This document shows, in pieces, positions 24,020-36,510 of a stretch of 64,000 bases of DNA. The notes beneath the pieces are model-generated. The model ran no database searches. It was not told the origin of the DNA and saw only the letters and a list, made by a program, of their open reading frames with translations. The DNA comes from Camelus dromedarius (lineage: Eukaryota): positions 4,154,001-4,218,000 of the forward strand of contig NC_087459.1 in the NCBI RefSeq assembly GCF_036321535.1, read 5' to 3'. Positions within the stretch are counted from its first letter, which is position 1. Each line of letters opens with the position of its first letter. The position numbers and the translations under genes were made by a program.

Positions 24020-24481
24020 GCACTGACCCAGAATTGGCCAATCAGGGCACCTCATCCCCAGGCCACAATAAATGGTTGAATGAGGGGGCGTGTCACTCAA
24101 ACTGAGCCAATAGAATCCTGTCCTGGGCAAGATGTATGGATGTTGAATATTATGCCTTTTTCTTTTTTCCTGCTAGAATTGATAAACTGGGAGAATATGG
24201 ATTTGGGAATCTGAGAGTGATCTCCCCCAGCATTTGGACACAGGTCTTCTGAAGAACAAAGTTAAGCAAAGATGAAAGATGGATGAGGGGAAAACCCACT
24301 GGTGCTTTGAACCATCCTTCTAGTCTTTGAGACCCTGCTTCCTGAAGCTATTTCTTCTAGTTTTGCACCTGTCTTAGTATTTTTTCAGCTTAGGTAAACA
24401 CATTTCTCCTCTTTCTTTTTGGATTAACCTAGTTTGAGTTTAGTTTTTGTCATTTGCAACCAAAATACTCCTGGCTAATAA
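24020..24481 (+). mobile_element. MLT1J/K/L-type LTR
   Basis: ggccaatcagggcacctcatccccaggccaca...actgagccaatagaatcctg...agtttgagtttagtttttgtcatttgcaaccaaaa. Confidence 0.75.
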
Positions 24482-24569
24482 TCATGGCTAATAAGGCTGG
24501 AAATGATTAGATTTCTGCTAATCTCTGCATTCTCATATCCTCTACTTTTTGCAGTCCCCTAACATGCAT

Positions 24570-24790
24570 GCATCAGTCCTTTTCTTGATCTGGCAAAGTC
24601 AAACTCAAGCTCCAGTTATCACTTTGCTATTATCTCCTCTGAGAAGTTTTCTCTGAACACCCAGCATGATGGGGTCCCACCTCTACCCTGTCACAGCATG
24701 TGATACTCATCTCTAACACCTAATTACAACTTACCTGCTCTTTTGCTTTATCTTACTCTGAACTGCAAGACCCTGGAAGATGGGGAGTGA
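24570..24790 (+). mobile_element. L2 3' fragment
   Basis: tctcctctgagaagttttctctgaacaccca...actgcaagaccctggaagatgggga. Confidence 0.6.
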
Positions 24791-26819
24791 CCATGGTTCA
24801 TCGTTGCATCCTCAGTACCCACTGCAAAGCATGACATTTGATAGGAGCATGATGAGTGGAATTGAATGAATGGGAGGACTGAGTCCCACCCATGTGCAGG
24901 GCTGAGCAAGTGTATGAGAAAAGATGGGAGGGAATAAACTTTGACAGAGCATCTACTCTCTGTTGGGAATAATAGTAGATACTCAGCAATTGTGTTTCTT
25001 TCCTTTCTCCCATTGATTGTTATCTTTATTCACTTTATTCAGCCTAATAACATTATGCCTCTTGTCTGGGTTACACAGCTGGTGTGTAGAAGATAAAGAA
25101 TTTGAACTCATATTTGTGAGACTCCATAGTCTGTTTGTTTGTTTTGCTTTTTAAAGAAAAACATTCAATGGAACAATAGATTAAAGTTTGCTAGAAGAAA
25201 CAAGCATGACAACATAAACCAAGCATCATAATAGGAAATGACAAGCGGGACCCAAATGAAAGAGGTGTGTACCAAGTGATGTGGAGACACTGAGTTGAGA
25301 GACATTCTACTCAGTCTTAGGTTCATTTTGCTGCCTCAATGAGAAATGTATTTTCGATGATTATGAAGAATTGCCTAATTGAAAGAAGATCCTAAAGCTG
25401 GGATGGATAACAGAACATGAAGAGTTTCCCTGCAAGAATGAATGGGACTTCACATTTGGTGGGGAGGTTGTAGAAAGAGTTGAAGAGCTCTTCCAACCTG
25501 AACATTGATAATCGATTAACTGTGGTTCACTGGAGGTTCTTCTTGGCCTCTGGGCCAAAAAATCAGGCATTAAGGCTCAGGATGAGGGCATAGAGATGAG
25601 GTGCATGTTCTTGGTGGTCACTTCAGGGAGCCTAGACAGCCATGATTCTGTATCCTGGAGGATAGGGTGTGGTCAGCTGATGAATGGAGCATGGCCTTGG
25701 GCTGGGAGTGGGCTTGTGGAAGAAGGCAGTGGTCCTCTGGGTAGAGGGCCTTGTAGAAGAGGGCCTTGTAGGGAACCCTAGTAGTGTGGAAGCCTCTTAA
25801 ATGCTCTGCAGCTCTATGCAAGGAGCACTTATTTGCTGCTAACTGTATGGTACTTAAGCACCTCTTAATTCTCCTGGAGCTAATCTAGCATATCTAGGTG
25901 TCTATTAGGGATATGTGTGTTGAGTAGCATGGTGGGCAGAGACAAAGAGAAATGGGGTGCCAAAAGAGCCCCATTTGAAAGGAAGAAAGGGTATTCAGCT
26001 ATAGAAAACAAAGTCCATCTGCTGGGTAAGAAGCTGTTTTTCAAAAATCCATACGGGATTCAAAAAAGCATACAGGAGAAGTCTAGCCTGGAGCCATATG
26101 CCTTCTGTCTTTTATCCTGCTGCATTTTCCATCATCCTTGCCAGCATCATCTTTATTGTACAGGTGAGGAAACTGCAACTTAGGCTAAGAAATGCACCCA
26201 AGCAGACCAGTGAAAGATAAGATGGGGAAGATGATACAAGAGCTTTAGGGTCGATGAAGAATTTTAGATATCCTGTTAAATGCAAAGGGGAACTGTTGAT
26301 GAGCCCTGAGCAGTGGGTTGATAAAGTGTTGCCTTGGCTGCTGTGTGGTAATGAAATAGAACAGGGAATGGGTGGAAGCACAGACCAGTCAAAGAGCTAT
26401 TCAGAGTGGCTTGGATTAGCATAGTTGCAGTAAAGGGGTTTTAGACATATTTTGAAGACAGACTGCTTATGGGAGATCCTTCCCAACTGAAGAGTACTCT
26501 GGAGTTATTCACTGAGTGAATAAAGTGGGCACTGTGGAAGGGTCATCCTTTGATGGTTGGACAGAGTCATGGGATGTACTGGGGGTCCGCCTTGAGTCTC
26601 CTGTGCAGACAATATGTGGTCTTCATTATCCGAGGAGATGCTTCTCTACAAGGGATCCTCCCAGCCTACAAAAAGGTCCTAAATTTTCAAGGATGGAAAC
26701 TGGCCACATGCATATGTCATCTCTCTACTTTAGTGCCTTACAGACCCCAAATCCTTTCTAGAATAGGAAGAACATGCAGAAGAGGGTATGATGGTTTGGG
26801 AGACCAGTATGGGAAAATC

Positions 26820-27055
26820 CAATATTTACTGAGCTCCTACTACATGCTAGACATTGGTATAGACACTCACATACAACTCCTGATTTAATCCTCATACTCT
26901 CAGGAGACTTTGGCATACTTGCCCTGGATTTTGCAGACCAGGAAGCTAAAGTTCAGTGATTCTGAGACCTTGCCTCAGGTCATGGGACAGGTAAGTGGTA
27001 GAGCTAAGATTTGAATCTGTCTGTGTTCAAAGCACAAGCAGTTATTACCACAACT
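26820..27055 (-). mobile_element. MIR SINE, near full length
   Basis: atttactgagctcctactacatgctag...tttaatcctcat...caggtaagtggtagagctaagatttgaatc. Confidence 0.85.
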
Positions 27056-27539
27056 TGGGATACGCCAGCACTTAAGGGTTCTGAAGTGGTGATGTGGTTG
27101 GACACCTTAGGAATCATTATGAATATCAGAGCCCTTACCAGTCTCCTGTCTCCCCTGCATGCGGTTTAGGTGACATTCACTTACTGAGACCCAGTGGTGG
27201 GTCAGAGCAGACTCATATCTCATCAACATTAATGTGCATTAATATGGACAGGGCAGTTTTGGAGGCCTCTACTTGGGAGGGGTACATAAAGGAGGAAAGA
27301 AGTAATGGTTTTACCAAGAGTTCTTCTGATTTCAGAACCTCTCAGCAATAGCATTTGCTGGTGCTTGAGATCTTCCCTGGAACAATGGTGGCTTGGGGTT
27401 TCCTTGGGCCTCAGAAAGGAGTGAGAGCAGGATGCTTGGAACAGGGTGGTCATGGGAGAAGGGAACTGGGCTGGCTTGGGAGCAGAGTTCTAGCTGAAGT
27501 CCAATCAGACGTCTGCCCTATACTGCTTGTAGCCCCTCT

Positions 27540-27780
27540 CTGCGGAATTACAGGTAATAAGGTAGAGCTGATGTTAATGGTNNNNNNNNNNNNNNNNNNN
27601 NNNNNNNNNNNNNNNNNNNNNNNNNNNNNNNNNNNNNNNNNNNNNNNNNNNNNNNNNNNNNNNNNNNNNNNNNNNNNNNNNNNNNNNNNNNNNNNNNNNN
27701 NNNNNNNNNNNNNNNNNNNNNTCTTTCAATTTACACAAACATTAAACCTCCATTTCCCGCAGCCCCACATTTCTCTCTCT
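27540..27780. promoter_or_regulatory. Candidate conserved element with N-masked core (27582-27721)
   Basis: Mask lies in DNA with no repeat similarity I can recognise; homeodomain cores in both flanks. Confidence 0.3.
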
Positions 27781-27944
27781 CTCATTCTCTCTGCTGACCT
27801 TCTGATAAAACTTTTCTTTAACATGTGAACTTTCCTTATACCAGGCCTACCTTCACATCCCCACTAGCCACTACTGCCTTATACTTTTGCTACACTTTAG
27901 TGCTTGTAGTTTCTCACAGACATGACAATTTGGGCTATGAGGAA

Positions 27945-28455
27945 GAGATGATTCAAACCAACAGAGGCTTAAAATTCCCAGATCTTTAATATCTCACATA
28001 GTAAAATGTCCAGAGGTGAACAGTTCTAGGTCTGGTTGATTTGGAGGCATTACAACCTCAGTAAGGATACAGGTTTTACCATCTTTCTGCTCTGCCCTTC
28101 TTAGAGTCTAGGTCTTTTCCCTCCCAACCTGTCTCCTTATAATTATAAGAAACTGGACAGCTTCAGGTATCCTGTCCTCCACAGCTCTATACACAGGAAG
28201 GAAGAAGACTTTTTTCCCCTGTCTCTTTCTTTTTATGGGTAGGATATTTTCCCCAGAAACTCCCCCACTGCTTATCACTGGACTGCATGCCTAAGCCAAT
28301 CACTGCATGACATGACCATGACCTTGACTGGTCCAGACAAATCATAATTCATTTCCTAGGGCTGGGATTATCTTCCCTGAGCACTCTGTTGGCTGATATC
28401 TGAACAAGAACTAAGAGTAGGATGGCTACTGTACCAGCAGACGATGCTGCACATG
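27945..28455 (-). mobile_element. MLT1K/L-type LTR
   Basis: caaaccaacagaggcttaaaa...atctcacatagtaaaatgtccagaggt...ctaagccaatcactg...ctagggctggg. Confidence 0.7.
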
Positions 28456-28559
28456 ACAGCTTTTTCTCATCTCCACTGTGTGCTTTTCTGCTGCATATTT
28501 TTCTGTCACCCTTTTACCTAAAACACAGGTAATACCTGGCTTATTCCTGGTCCGACTTT

Positions 28560-28780
28560 AAGATGCAGCCCAGGCACTACGTTCTCTGAGTCATCCCAGT
28601 TTTGTTGCTTCTCACTGCAATACCATAGTGCCCCTGGCATATGTCAAGCACTGCATTTGCAATGTCATCCTTATAATAATCTGTGTGTCCCACTAGACTG
28701 GGAGCTCTTTGCAAGTAGAGACTGGGCTTATTTACCTCTGACACCTCAGAACCCGGCATACAGTAAATGCTCAGTGAAAC
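28560..28780 (+). mobile_element. L2 3' fragment
   Basis: tcccactagactgggagctctttgcaagtagagactgg...cggcatacagtaaatgctcagtgaa. Confidence 0.7.
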
Positions 28781-28792
28781 TGCTGAAGGGGC

Positions 28793-29439
28793 CCTATACT
28801 GTTCTAGGAATGTAAATTGGTACAGCCACTATGGAGGACAGCATGGAAGTACCTTAAAAAACTAGAGTTACCATATGATTCAACAATCCCACTCTTGGGC
28901 ATATATCCGCAAAATACAAAACTCTGACTTAAAAAGATATNNNNNNNNNNNNNNNNNNNNNNNNNNNNNNNNNNNNNNNNNNNNNNNNNNNNNNNNNNNN
29001 NNNNNNNNNNNNNNNNNNNNNNNNNNNNNNNNNNNNNNNNNNNNNNNNNNNNNNNNNNNNNNNNNNNNNNNNNNNNNNNNNNNNNNNNNNNNNNNNNNNN
29101 NNNNNNNNNNNNNNNNNNNNNNNNNNNNNNNNNATTAAGTTAGACAGAGAAAAACAAATATCATATGGTATCACTTACATGCAGAATCTGAAAAATTGAT
29201 ATAAATGAACTTACTTACAAAACAAAAAAAGACTCACAGACATAGAAAACAAACTTATAGCTACCAAAGGGGAAAAGGGTGTAAGGGATAAATTAGGAGT
29301 TTGGGATTAACAGACACACACTACTATATATAAAATAGATAAACAGTAAGGACGTACTGTATAGCACAGGGAACTATATTAAATATCCTATAATAACTTA
29401 CAATGGAAAAGAATCTGAAAAATAATATATATGTGTGTC

Positions 29440-29495
<56 letters not shown>

Positions 29496-29559
29496 TATCT
29501 GAATCACTTTGCTGTATACCTGAAACTAATACAACATCGTAAATCAACTATACTTCAAA
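28793..29559 (+). mobile_element. 5'-truncated L1 (ORF2 end plus 3'UTR), cetartiodactyl type, apparently older variant
   Basis: ggaatgtaaattggtacagccactatgg...ccatatgattcaacaatcccactcttgggc; 3'UTR tagcacagggaactatatt; TSD aaactgctgaaggggc (28777-28792) / aaattgctgaaggggc (29560-29575). Confidence 0.95.
29444..29492. repeat. (TA)24 microsatellite within the L1 3'UTR
   Basis: 49-bp perfect TA run. Confidence 0.95.
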
Positions 29560-30464
29560 AAATTGCTGAAGGGGCAAACGGCCCTGAGGAAGGGGAGGCT
29601 GAGAGATGCCCTCAGCTTGTTCCTGCCTTGAAACACACTCTCTAGAGCATCAGCAACATAGAGATGCTCGTAGTGCCCCAGACAAGACATGTTCTTTCAT
29701 GTCCGTGTCGTACAACTTCTGCGCATTTGCTCCCTGCATACCTTCATCTAGGCCTCCACTCCCACTGCTCAACCATTTTCTTGGCAAACCAGTTCCCTTT
29801 AAAAAAAAGAATCATCTCCAACATGAGCAGGTTTTTTTTCCCGGAAATCCCTCCTGAATTTGGACATTCTTTTATGGTCCTATTGCACTTGGCATGCACT
29901 TCCATTAACTAAGGAACATTTTAAAAGCCTTTCTGTGCATTAGTTTTTTCATCTGATAAAAAGAATGATAAACTGCTTGTCTCTGGCTTTGAGGCGTAAA
30001 TGGGTTAATGCATTTGTAACACTTAGAAAAACACATAAAATTAAATATTTGATGCATGATGTCAGTGGAGGCGGTTGCAGCCTGTATCCCTCTGTATTGC
30101 ACATACTTGGTTACTGTTCTTTTTCCCTTAATGCACTATGGGAACCCTACAGATAATGACCATATTTTGTCCATCACCAACTCTCCAGTTCCCAGCATAA
30201 GATGGGACACAAATTTGATGCTCAGTTTGCTGAGGACTGAGTCAGTGAACAAGGAAGTTTTCTTTTTGCAGGAAGGCACCATCCATTCTCCATCCTTCTG
30301 GAAAAAGCAGCCAGGAAAAGGACGTGGGACTGAAGTGGAAGGAATGCAAATTGGACGAGAGGAAATGATTCAAGACCTCCCAATGCTCTCCCCCAAACCA
30401 CAAAAACTAACACAGATGAATAAGTAAGCATTTTTGTAAAGATAACCTCTCTGCGTGTTTGGGA

Positions 30465-30600
30465 TAGATTGAAAATCAGGAGGTCCAGGTTCTAATCCTG
30501 CTTTTGCCATAGACTCTGTGAGTGGCTTGGGTGAGCTTCTGAAACAAGGTGTTAAGTTTCCCAGTCCATAAAATGCAGAAGGACAGGTAGAAGTGATACC
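30465..30600 (+). mobile_element. MIR SINE fragment
   Basis: tcaggaggtccaggttctaatcctgcttttgcca...gtggcttgggtgag...tcccagtccataaaatg. Confidence 0.7.
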
Positions 30601-30839
30601 TTAGGTTCTTAGCATCTCAGACACTTAAAAAAACAAATAAAAGATAGAATAAGAAAAAGATATTCCATGGTTCTAAGGACTTCATAATCTTCCTTGGGAC
30701 TAAGAGATGTTAGAGGACAATCACTAAAGGTTGTACTTAGTGCCAGAGGAACAGGCCTGATCCTGGGGTGGGGGCTGCCTGGACCTGAGAGAAGTGGGGA
30801 GCAGAGGGCTCTGGATCCAGGCAGACCTGGCATCTAGGC

Positions 30840-30960
30840 CTCTTCTTGTCACTTGAGAACCATGAGCCCTTCACCAAGCTATCGGAACTCTCCAAGCCTC
30901 AAAGTTCTTATCTGTAAAATGGCAATATAGAATCCACCCCATAAGGTAGTTAAAGAGTGA
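30840..30960 (+). mobile_element. MIR SINE fragment
   Basis: ccaagcctcaaagttcttatctgtaaaatggcaat...accccataaggtagtt. Confidence 0.7.
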
Positions 30961-31149
30961 TGCATGGACCTGGTACATTGTAGCTTCCCTCTCCAATATG
31001 ATTATTAATGGAGAGAACAGTCCCTATTGATTATAGTCATCAGGGGTTGGGATTTAAGATGAAATATGGAAAATGGATACTGATCAGCTAAGCACAGAGA
31101 GGTAAGGAATAAGACATATCTAAAGCTAGGAAGTGATGATGATGATGAC

Positions 31150-31345
31150 ATGGTGATGGTCGCTTGCTATGCGTCACACAGCCTCAAAGGATTCCCAAAG
31201 CAACCCTATAAAGTGAGTGCTAGAATTTGTCCCTGTACACATTAGAGACCAAGGCTCAGAGAAGTTAAGCAACTTGACCAAGATCACACAGCCAGTGCAT
31301 GGCTGAGCTGAGATTAGAGTGCATGTAGACCTGTACTGGAGCACA
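31150..31345 (-). mobile_element. MIR SINE
   Basis: gagaccaaggctcagagaagttaagcaacttgaccaagatcacacagccag. Confidence 0.85.
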
Positions 31346-31559
31346 TATGTTCTCCCACCTGTATGAGAGTCTGAGGAAAGCTCTGAATATCAGGATAACA
31401 TCTTTGAACACTTATCTGCAGTGATGTGGTAGCCTTTAAAGGACAGCAGAGATTGCCCAGGACTAGAGTCGGGCTCCAGACCCCTTGTCTGAGTGGAGAA
31501 AGGGCAGCTCAGCAGTTCCAGCTCACTCTCCTCAGAGAAGCCTCCATAATGCTCAGGTT

Positions 31560-32140
31560 GCCTGATGGCTGAGTCACAGCTCTCATGATCCTGGCTGGCA
31601 AATTGGAGACACCCTTAATTGGATGCTGAAAAAACTCCTCCTGCTGCACAATGGCTCCAACAGAAGAGTTATAGCTGTTTACTGTAACACACAGACAGTC
31701 CCATTAACAAGAATGATGGGAGGCTGCTCCCTGGCATTACTCTTAGCAAAAGACTTGACAAATATGCTTTGTAAATTAAGGCGCTCCAACAGAGAAAACA
31801 TATAACACTCTCTCTCCCCACCCCCACCAACCCCCTCCCCTTGCTAGGGAGACTTTGCATGTTGGATCCTTTATACANNNNNNNNNNNNNNNNNNNNNNN
31901 NNNNNNNNNNNNNNNNNNNNNNNNNNNNNNNNNNNNNNNNNNNNNNNNNNNNNNNNNNNNNNNNNNNNNNNNNNNNNNNNNNNNNNNNNNNNNNNNNNNN
32001 NNNNNNNNNGGAAATTGATTGTGCCCACCATATTTCTGCGGGGACGGAGGAGTAAATGAACATCATACGTCACAGCTTATCACATACAGTAGGAGGCGGA
32101 TGTGATGGGAGCAGCATGGCCTACTTAAGGAATGCTGATG
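31560..32140. promoter_or_regulatory. Candidate conserved enhancer with N-masked core (31878-32009)
   Basis: Unique DNA; AP-1 TGAGTCA (31570); SOX ACAATGG (31648); 11-bp direct repeat gctccaacaga (31654, 31783); G4 motif 31816-31840. Confidence 0.4.
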
Positions 32141-32389
32141 GATCATTCACAGACTGCTTTTGTTCTAGGCTGGAGTTTGTCTTGTCTACAGAGGGTCAGA
32201 GGAATCTTCAAGGTGAGGGATACAGGAAGCGTGCTGTCCCTGCTCCAGGCACTGGGCGTGGCTTCTCCTGAATGGAGACTGATGGAGATGTTCAATTGCT
32301 GTGACCACTGGATACAGGCACGAGTGCACCCACTGGACCCTCATGGATCCCTGTAGGCACACAAGAGGCAGGACAGTGCAGGGGTTTGA

Positions 32390-32600
32390 GTATGAGCTTT
32401 GGCATCAGTTATATCAGGTTCTGCTCTGTCACTTATTAGCATGTGGACATGCTGGTGGACCAAGCCTCTGATACCTCATCTGGGAAATGGGGCAATAATA
32501 GTACTTGCTTCACAAGAGTGGGATCAGGATTGATTGAGTTAATGTGCAGGGAGCCCTTGGAACAGAGTGCAGCATCCCATTATACTCAGTAAATGCTAAT
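32390..32600 (+). mobile_element. MIR SINE
   Basis: ctgctctgtcacttattagcatgtg...cctcatctgggaaatggggcaataatagtac...ttgagttaatgtgca. Confidence 0.8.
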
Positions 32601-33074
32601 TAATGTGCATCCTGTGTGGTAGGGAGGTTGCTGTCACTGGAGGTTTTAAGCAGAGGACAATCTATCGTTCTGGGACAATCTTCTGAAGTAGGAATGAATG
32701 GAATGTTTAGGAAGCTTGCTTTGGAGTCCTGTTTCTTCCAGCTTGCTATTCATGGGACCTTGTTAAGTCTCATGATCGCTGAAACTTAGCCCCCCTTCTG
32801 TCAGTGAAGAAATAAATAGATAATGTATATAAAGAACAGGATAGTGTCCTCCCCATAGGAGGTCTTTGGAGACTGGTGGCCTCTGATAATCTCCCAGTGA
32901 GGTGTGAGGCTTGGGGCAGAATCCTCCCCAGTCTTCTTCAGTCCTGAGAGCCTGGGATGCCCCAGGGAGGAATTAGGTTGATTCTCTCTGGACTGAAGCA
33001 GAGTAGTTGGAGATGGATTTCCCCTTCCTCCCAAGCCAGAGAAAATGAAGGAGATAATGATAAAATAAAATAAA

Positions 33075-33175
33075 AATACTGTGTGTTGAGTACCTACTAT
33101 TCTTTAAATGCCTTCAATTTATTCAAAATTCGCAACAACCCCATCACTTGTTATTACTACCCTCATTTTGATGAA
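33075..33175 (-). mobile_element. MIR SINE fragment
   Basis: tgttgagtacctactat...ttattcaaaattcgcaacaaccccat...attattactaccctcattttgatga. Confidence 0.7.
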
Positions 33176-33951
33176 TACCACAAACACCAAAAAACTCTCA
33201 GGCAGAAAAAGACAGGGAGAACTAGCAGAGTTAGTTTTTAGTCCAAAAGGGACCATAGAAGGCTGATGGCCCCATTCCCGCCTCTGCCCCTGTGGAGAGA
33301 TTCTAAAGTCTCCATGGAAATGTCCTTTTCCCCTGCCATCAGCTGGTTCAGAAAAGCCAATTTCAAGCGAGGCTGGATAAGCTCATTCAGTTCCCAGCCA
33401 GGCATCAATACAAAGTAAAATCTCCCAAGTTTTTGTGAAGAAAATTGGCTTTTGTCTTTTTCAGTGAGCTCACAGCTAGAAAGGGCTACGTCAGCTGAAA
33501 AAGGGGTGCTGGTGTCAGAGGCAAGGCCCCAGGCTTTAGCACAGATCTGCTCCTGACACGAGCCCATGCTGGCATGCTGGGGCAAGTGGAGGGGACGCAC
33601 AAAACCCCGTGGGCTGAGGAGTGATGGGCTGACAGCCCAAAGAGACCAGCAGATTATTGAAGACATGCTCTGACTCTTTGGAAGGGAGAACCCATGTACC
33701 CATGGCCACAAAGACTACCAGGACATCAACCGTATATCATTGCCACAGGGCAGGCGAGATAGACTCCTTAATGTAGATACCCGATCTCACACATTTCTTT
33801 CAATGCCCACTCGGGGAAAGTGTAATCGGCATCCATTTCACTGCCAAGGATGCTCTGAACCTCTGAAGCTCATACAGCCAACGAGCGGCAGACCCAGGAT
33901 AAGGGTTCTTCCTGTTGCCCTAACACTTTGTGTTTATTTTTCTCTCTGTCT

Positions 33952-34288
33952 GGAGCTGCGCCGCCCATTGGAAATAAAATGTGACCCACAAGTGTGTGCC
34001 ATGGAGGCAATTCTTACATCTTCTAGTTACCACGTTAAAAAAAAAAAAACCAGAAAATTCATTTTAGCAATATCTTTCATTTCACCCCAGTTATCCAAGA
34101 GTCTCATCTCAACATCTGATCAGTATTAAAAATTATTAATAAGGTATTTTACATTCTTTCCTTTGTACTAGGTCTTTGAGATCCAGTGTGGATTCTACAC
34201 TGATGGCCACCTCAATTTGGACTGGCCATAGGTCAAGTACCTAGTGGCCACATGTGGCCAGACAGTGCAGGTCTGGACGGCACCCTCT
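33952..34288 (+). mobile_element. MER33 (hAT-Charlie MITE)
   Basis: gagctgcgccgcccattggaaataaaatgtgacccac...ctaggtctttgagatccagtgtg...agtggccacatgtggcc. Confidence 0.85.
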
Positions 34289-34299
34289 TGGCTCAGAAG

Positions 34300-34560
34300 T
34301 CACCCTCTCAGAGAGCCTTCTCTGAACCCCCTACCTGGAGTGGCATCCCACTCTCCTCCTGTGTCTTCCATCACAGCATCCTATATGCCTATGTGGTGCA
34401 TTCACTACCTGCTGGTCTTCCTACTGTTGTATGTTTATTTTTCTTTTTATCTGAATCCTGAAAGGCATTTACTGTTGCATCCCAGGCATAGAGAAAAGTG
34501 CACAGGACACTGGAGGTGCTCAGAAAATAAAACTATGTGTTGAATAGGTGAGTGAATGGA
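34300..34560 (+). mobile_element. L2 3' fragment
   Basis: cctctcagagagccttctctgaacccc...ccatcacagcatcc...actggaggtgctcagaaaataa...tgagtgaatg. Confidence 0.7.
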
Positions 34561-35569
34561 CAGCTAAATAAAAGGATGTCTGTATCCAAGACTAATCATT
34601 AAGGTTACGTCAAGACCCACCACACCATTGAGTACATCCCCCTCCCTGTGCCCCGACCCACACCAGTAATTTGTAAACTGGGGGTTCCTTCCCCTACCCA
34701 CCTTTCTTCATATTCCAGGAGTGGGTGGCCTGTTGCCTTCTCCAAGTTCTTTCCAAGTAGGTACTTAAAGAAAAAGAAAGATGTAGGTCTGTGTGTATCT
34801 ATTCCTCATCTATGCTAATTTGCCCATTCTTATGTAATTTGTAAGGTGGCAAAGGCCTGACATACTATCTTAGTTTGGGGAGCCAGGGCTGTTTATCAGC
34901 AGCTGCCTGCTGCAGCCATTGAATAATTCTTGACTGCCTGTGTGCAGCAATCTACCAGATTCATTAAATCTGACGTGTACAGCCATTTGCCGTACAGATG
35001 AAGCTGGTACAGCATCCAGAGATGAGGGATCCTACACATTTGGTATTCGTGGAGTCACTCTTTGGTCCTCAGTCCATGATGAAAGGAAGGGTAAACTTCC
35101 TCAGGGGAATGACAACTTTTGCTAGTAAGAGTTTGAGCCAGAGACCTATCCTATTGTGAATGCAAGTTGCCCAGCGTGTTGATACACATATAATATGTAC
35201 ATCAACCTGGGCTTCCTTCTAGCTTAGAAACCTGTATTGGATATGCCTGTCTCCTTCATTGGACCCCAAACTCCTGTGGGATCATCTTTGTAACCCATAG
35301 CTCCTATTCCAGGGCCTGACACATAGTCTGTGTTTGTTGAAAGAATAAATGAACCAGGTGAGTTTATAAACCTGGCTCTATTGAGCATCTACTATGTGCT
35401 GAATCCTGTTCTAGGCATCTGAGACAAGCTCCTTCCCTGCCCTTTTGGAGCTTATTGGCTCACAGGGAGTTGAATTAATTTTGTGAAATTTTTCTTCTCT
35501 TTTCCAAAAGAATTCCAAATGTTACTTTGCTCCTATTATTGTTACTAACACCCCTGTAAACATTTAGCA

Positions 35570-35790
35570 CAGTGGTAAGTACATGGACTCGGCAGTCTGA
35601 CACCCTTGGAGTCAGATCCTTGCCCTGTCACTTACCCTCTGGTTGGCGTTCTCTCTTTCTGTAAAGGAAGATTATGATAGTCCTCACATCAAAGTGTGGA
35701 TACGAGCATGGAATGAGACAGTGCTTCGAAACTGCAGATCGTGGTTCCTGGTCTGGCCATCATAAGCATGTGAGGCATATTTTGATACTA
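35570..35790 (+). mobile_element. MIR SINE
   Basis: gcacagtggtaagtacatggactcggcagtctgac...ctgtcactta...ctgtaaaggaagattatgatagtcctcac. Confidence 0.75.
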
Positions 35791-36284
35791 GGTAGGACTG
35801 TGTTTGGTAGGAAATGAAGCTGAAGAGTGAATTTGGGGCTGGGCCAGAGGAACTGCAGAATGACCCAGGTGAGTGATTTCCAAAGGCTGAGATTGGTATG
35901 TGGGTCTTGAATGACAGCAGGAAGGGGGCAAGAAGGTGCCATGGAAACAGTGGCAGGATTTCTGGGGTTAAGCAATTAACACTTGGATGCCATGAAGATG
36001 CAGAATTGCCAAGAAACAGGCCAGCAGGCCCCTGTGACCAAAAAGAGTCACAGGAAGAGCCCCTGTCTCCACACTCCCAGAGACAGCTGTCCACTGGCTT
36101 CTGACAGGGGAAGGAGGAGGGGTGGGATACCCCCTACCAGGGCTCAGCTCTCTTTCCAGAGAATGGGATTTCTGGAACTCTGGTGGGGCTAAGAGGGCTG
36201 CCCCAGGATGACAGGGAGAGCAAAGGTCTCAGAGGGAGAATAATATGGCACAGACTGTTCTAGAGCATTCTGCAGTCTTCAGAG

Positions 36285-36510
36285 CCTACACTCTGAAGTC
36301 ATATTATCCAAGTTGGATTCCTGGTTCTGTCATTTGTAACTGGGTGAGTCACTTGGGCAAGTCACTTACTCTCTTATCAGCCTCAACTTCCCCATCTATA
36401 AAATGGAAGTAATTTTAATACCCACTTCACGGTGTTTTTATGAGGTTAAATGGAGTAATTTGTGTAAAGCACTTAGGACAGTGTATGCTACACAGGAATC
36501 CCTCAATAAA
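36285..36510 (+). mobile_element. MIR SINE, near full length
   Basis: ttgggcaagtcacttactctc...cctcaacttccccatctataaaatgg...tgaggttaaatggag...aaagcacttaggacagtg...ctcaataaat. Confidence 0.9.

Noticed and set aside
25743-25772. Short tandem duplications (agagggccttgtag x2; also catgac x3 near 28308 and tgccac x3 near 52345)
   Set aside because: Ordinary slippage products with no motif gain.
33238-33711. Longest unmasked ORF (157 aa, minus strand)
   Set aside because: No recognisable domain, a Leu/Ser-rich random composition and no convincing splice or promoter context. An ORF of this size is expected by chance in six frames of 64 kb.
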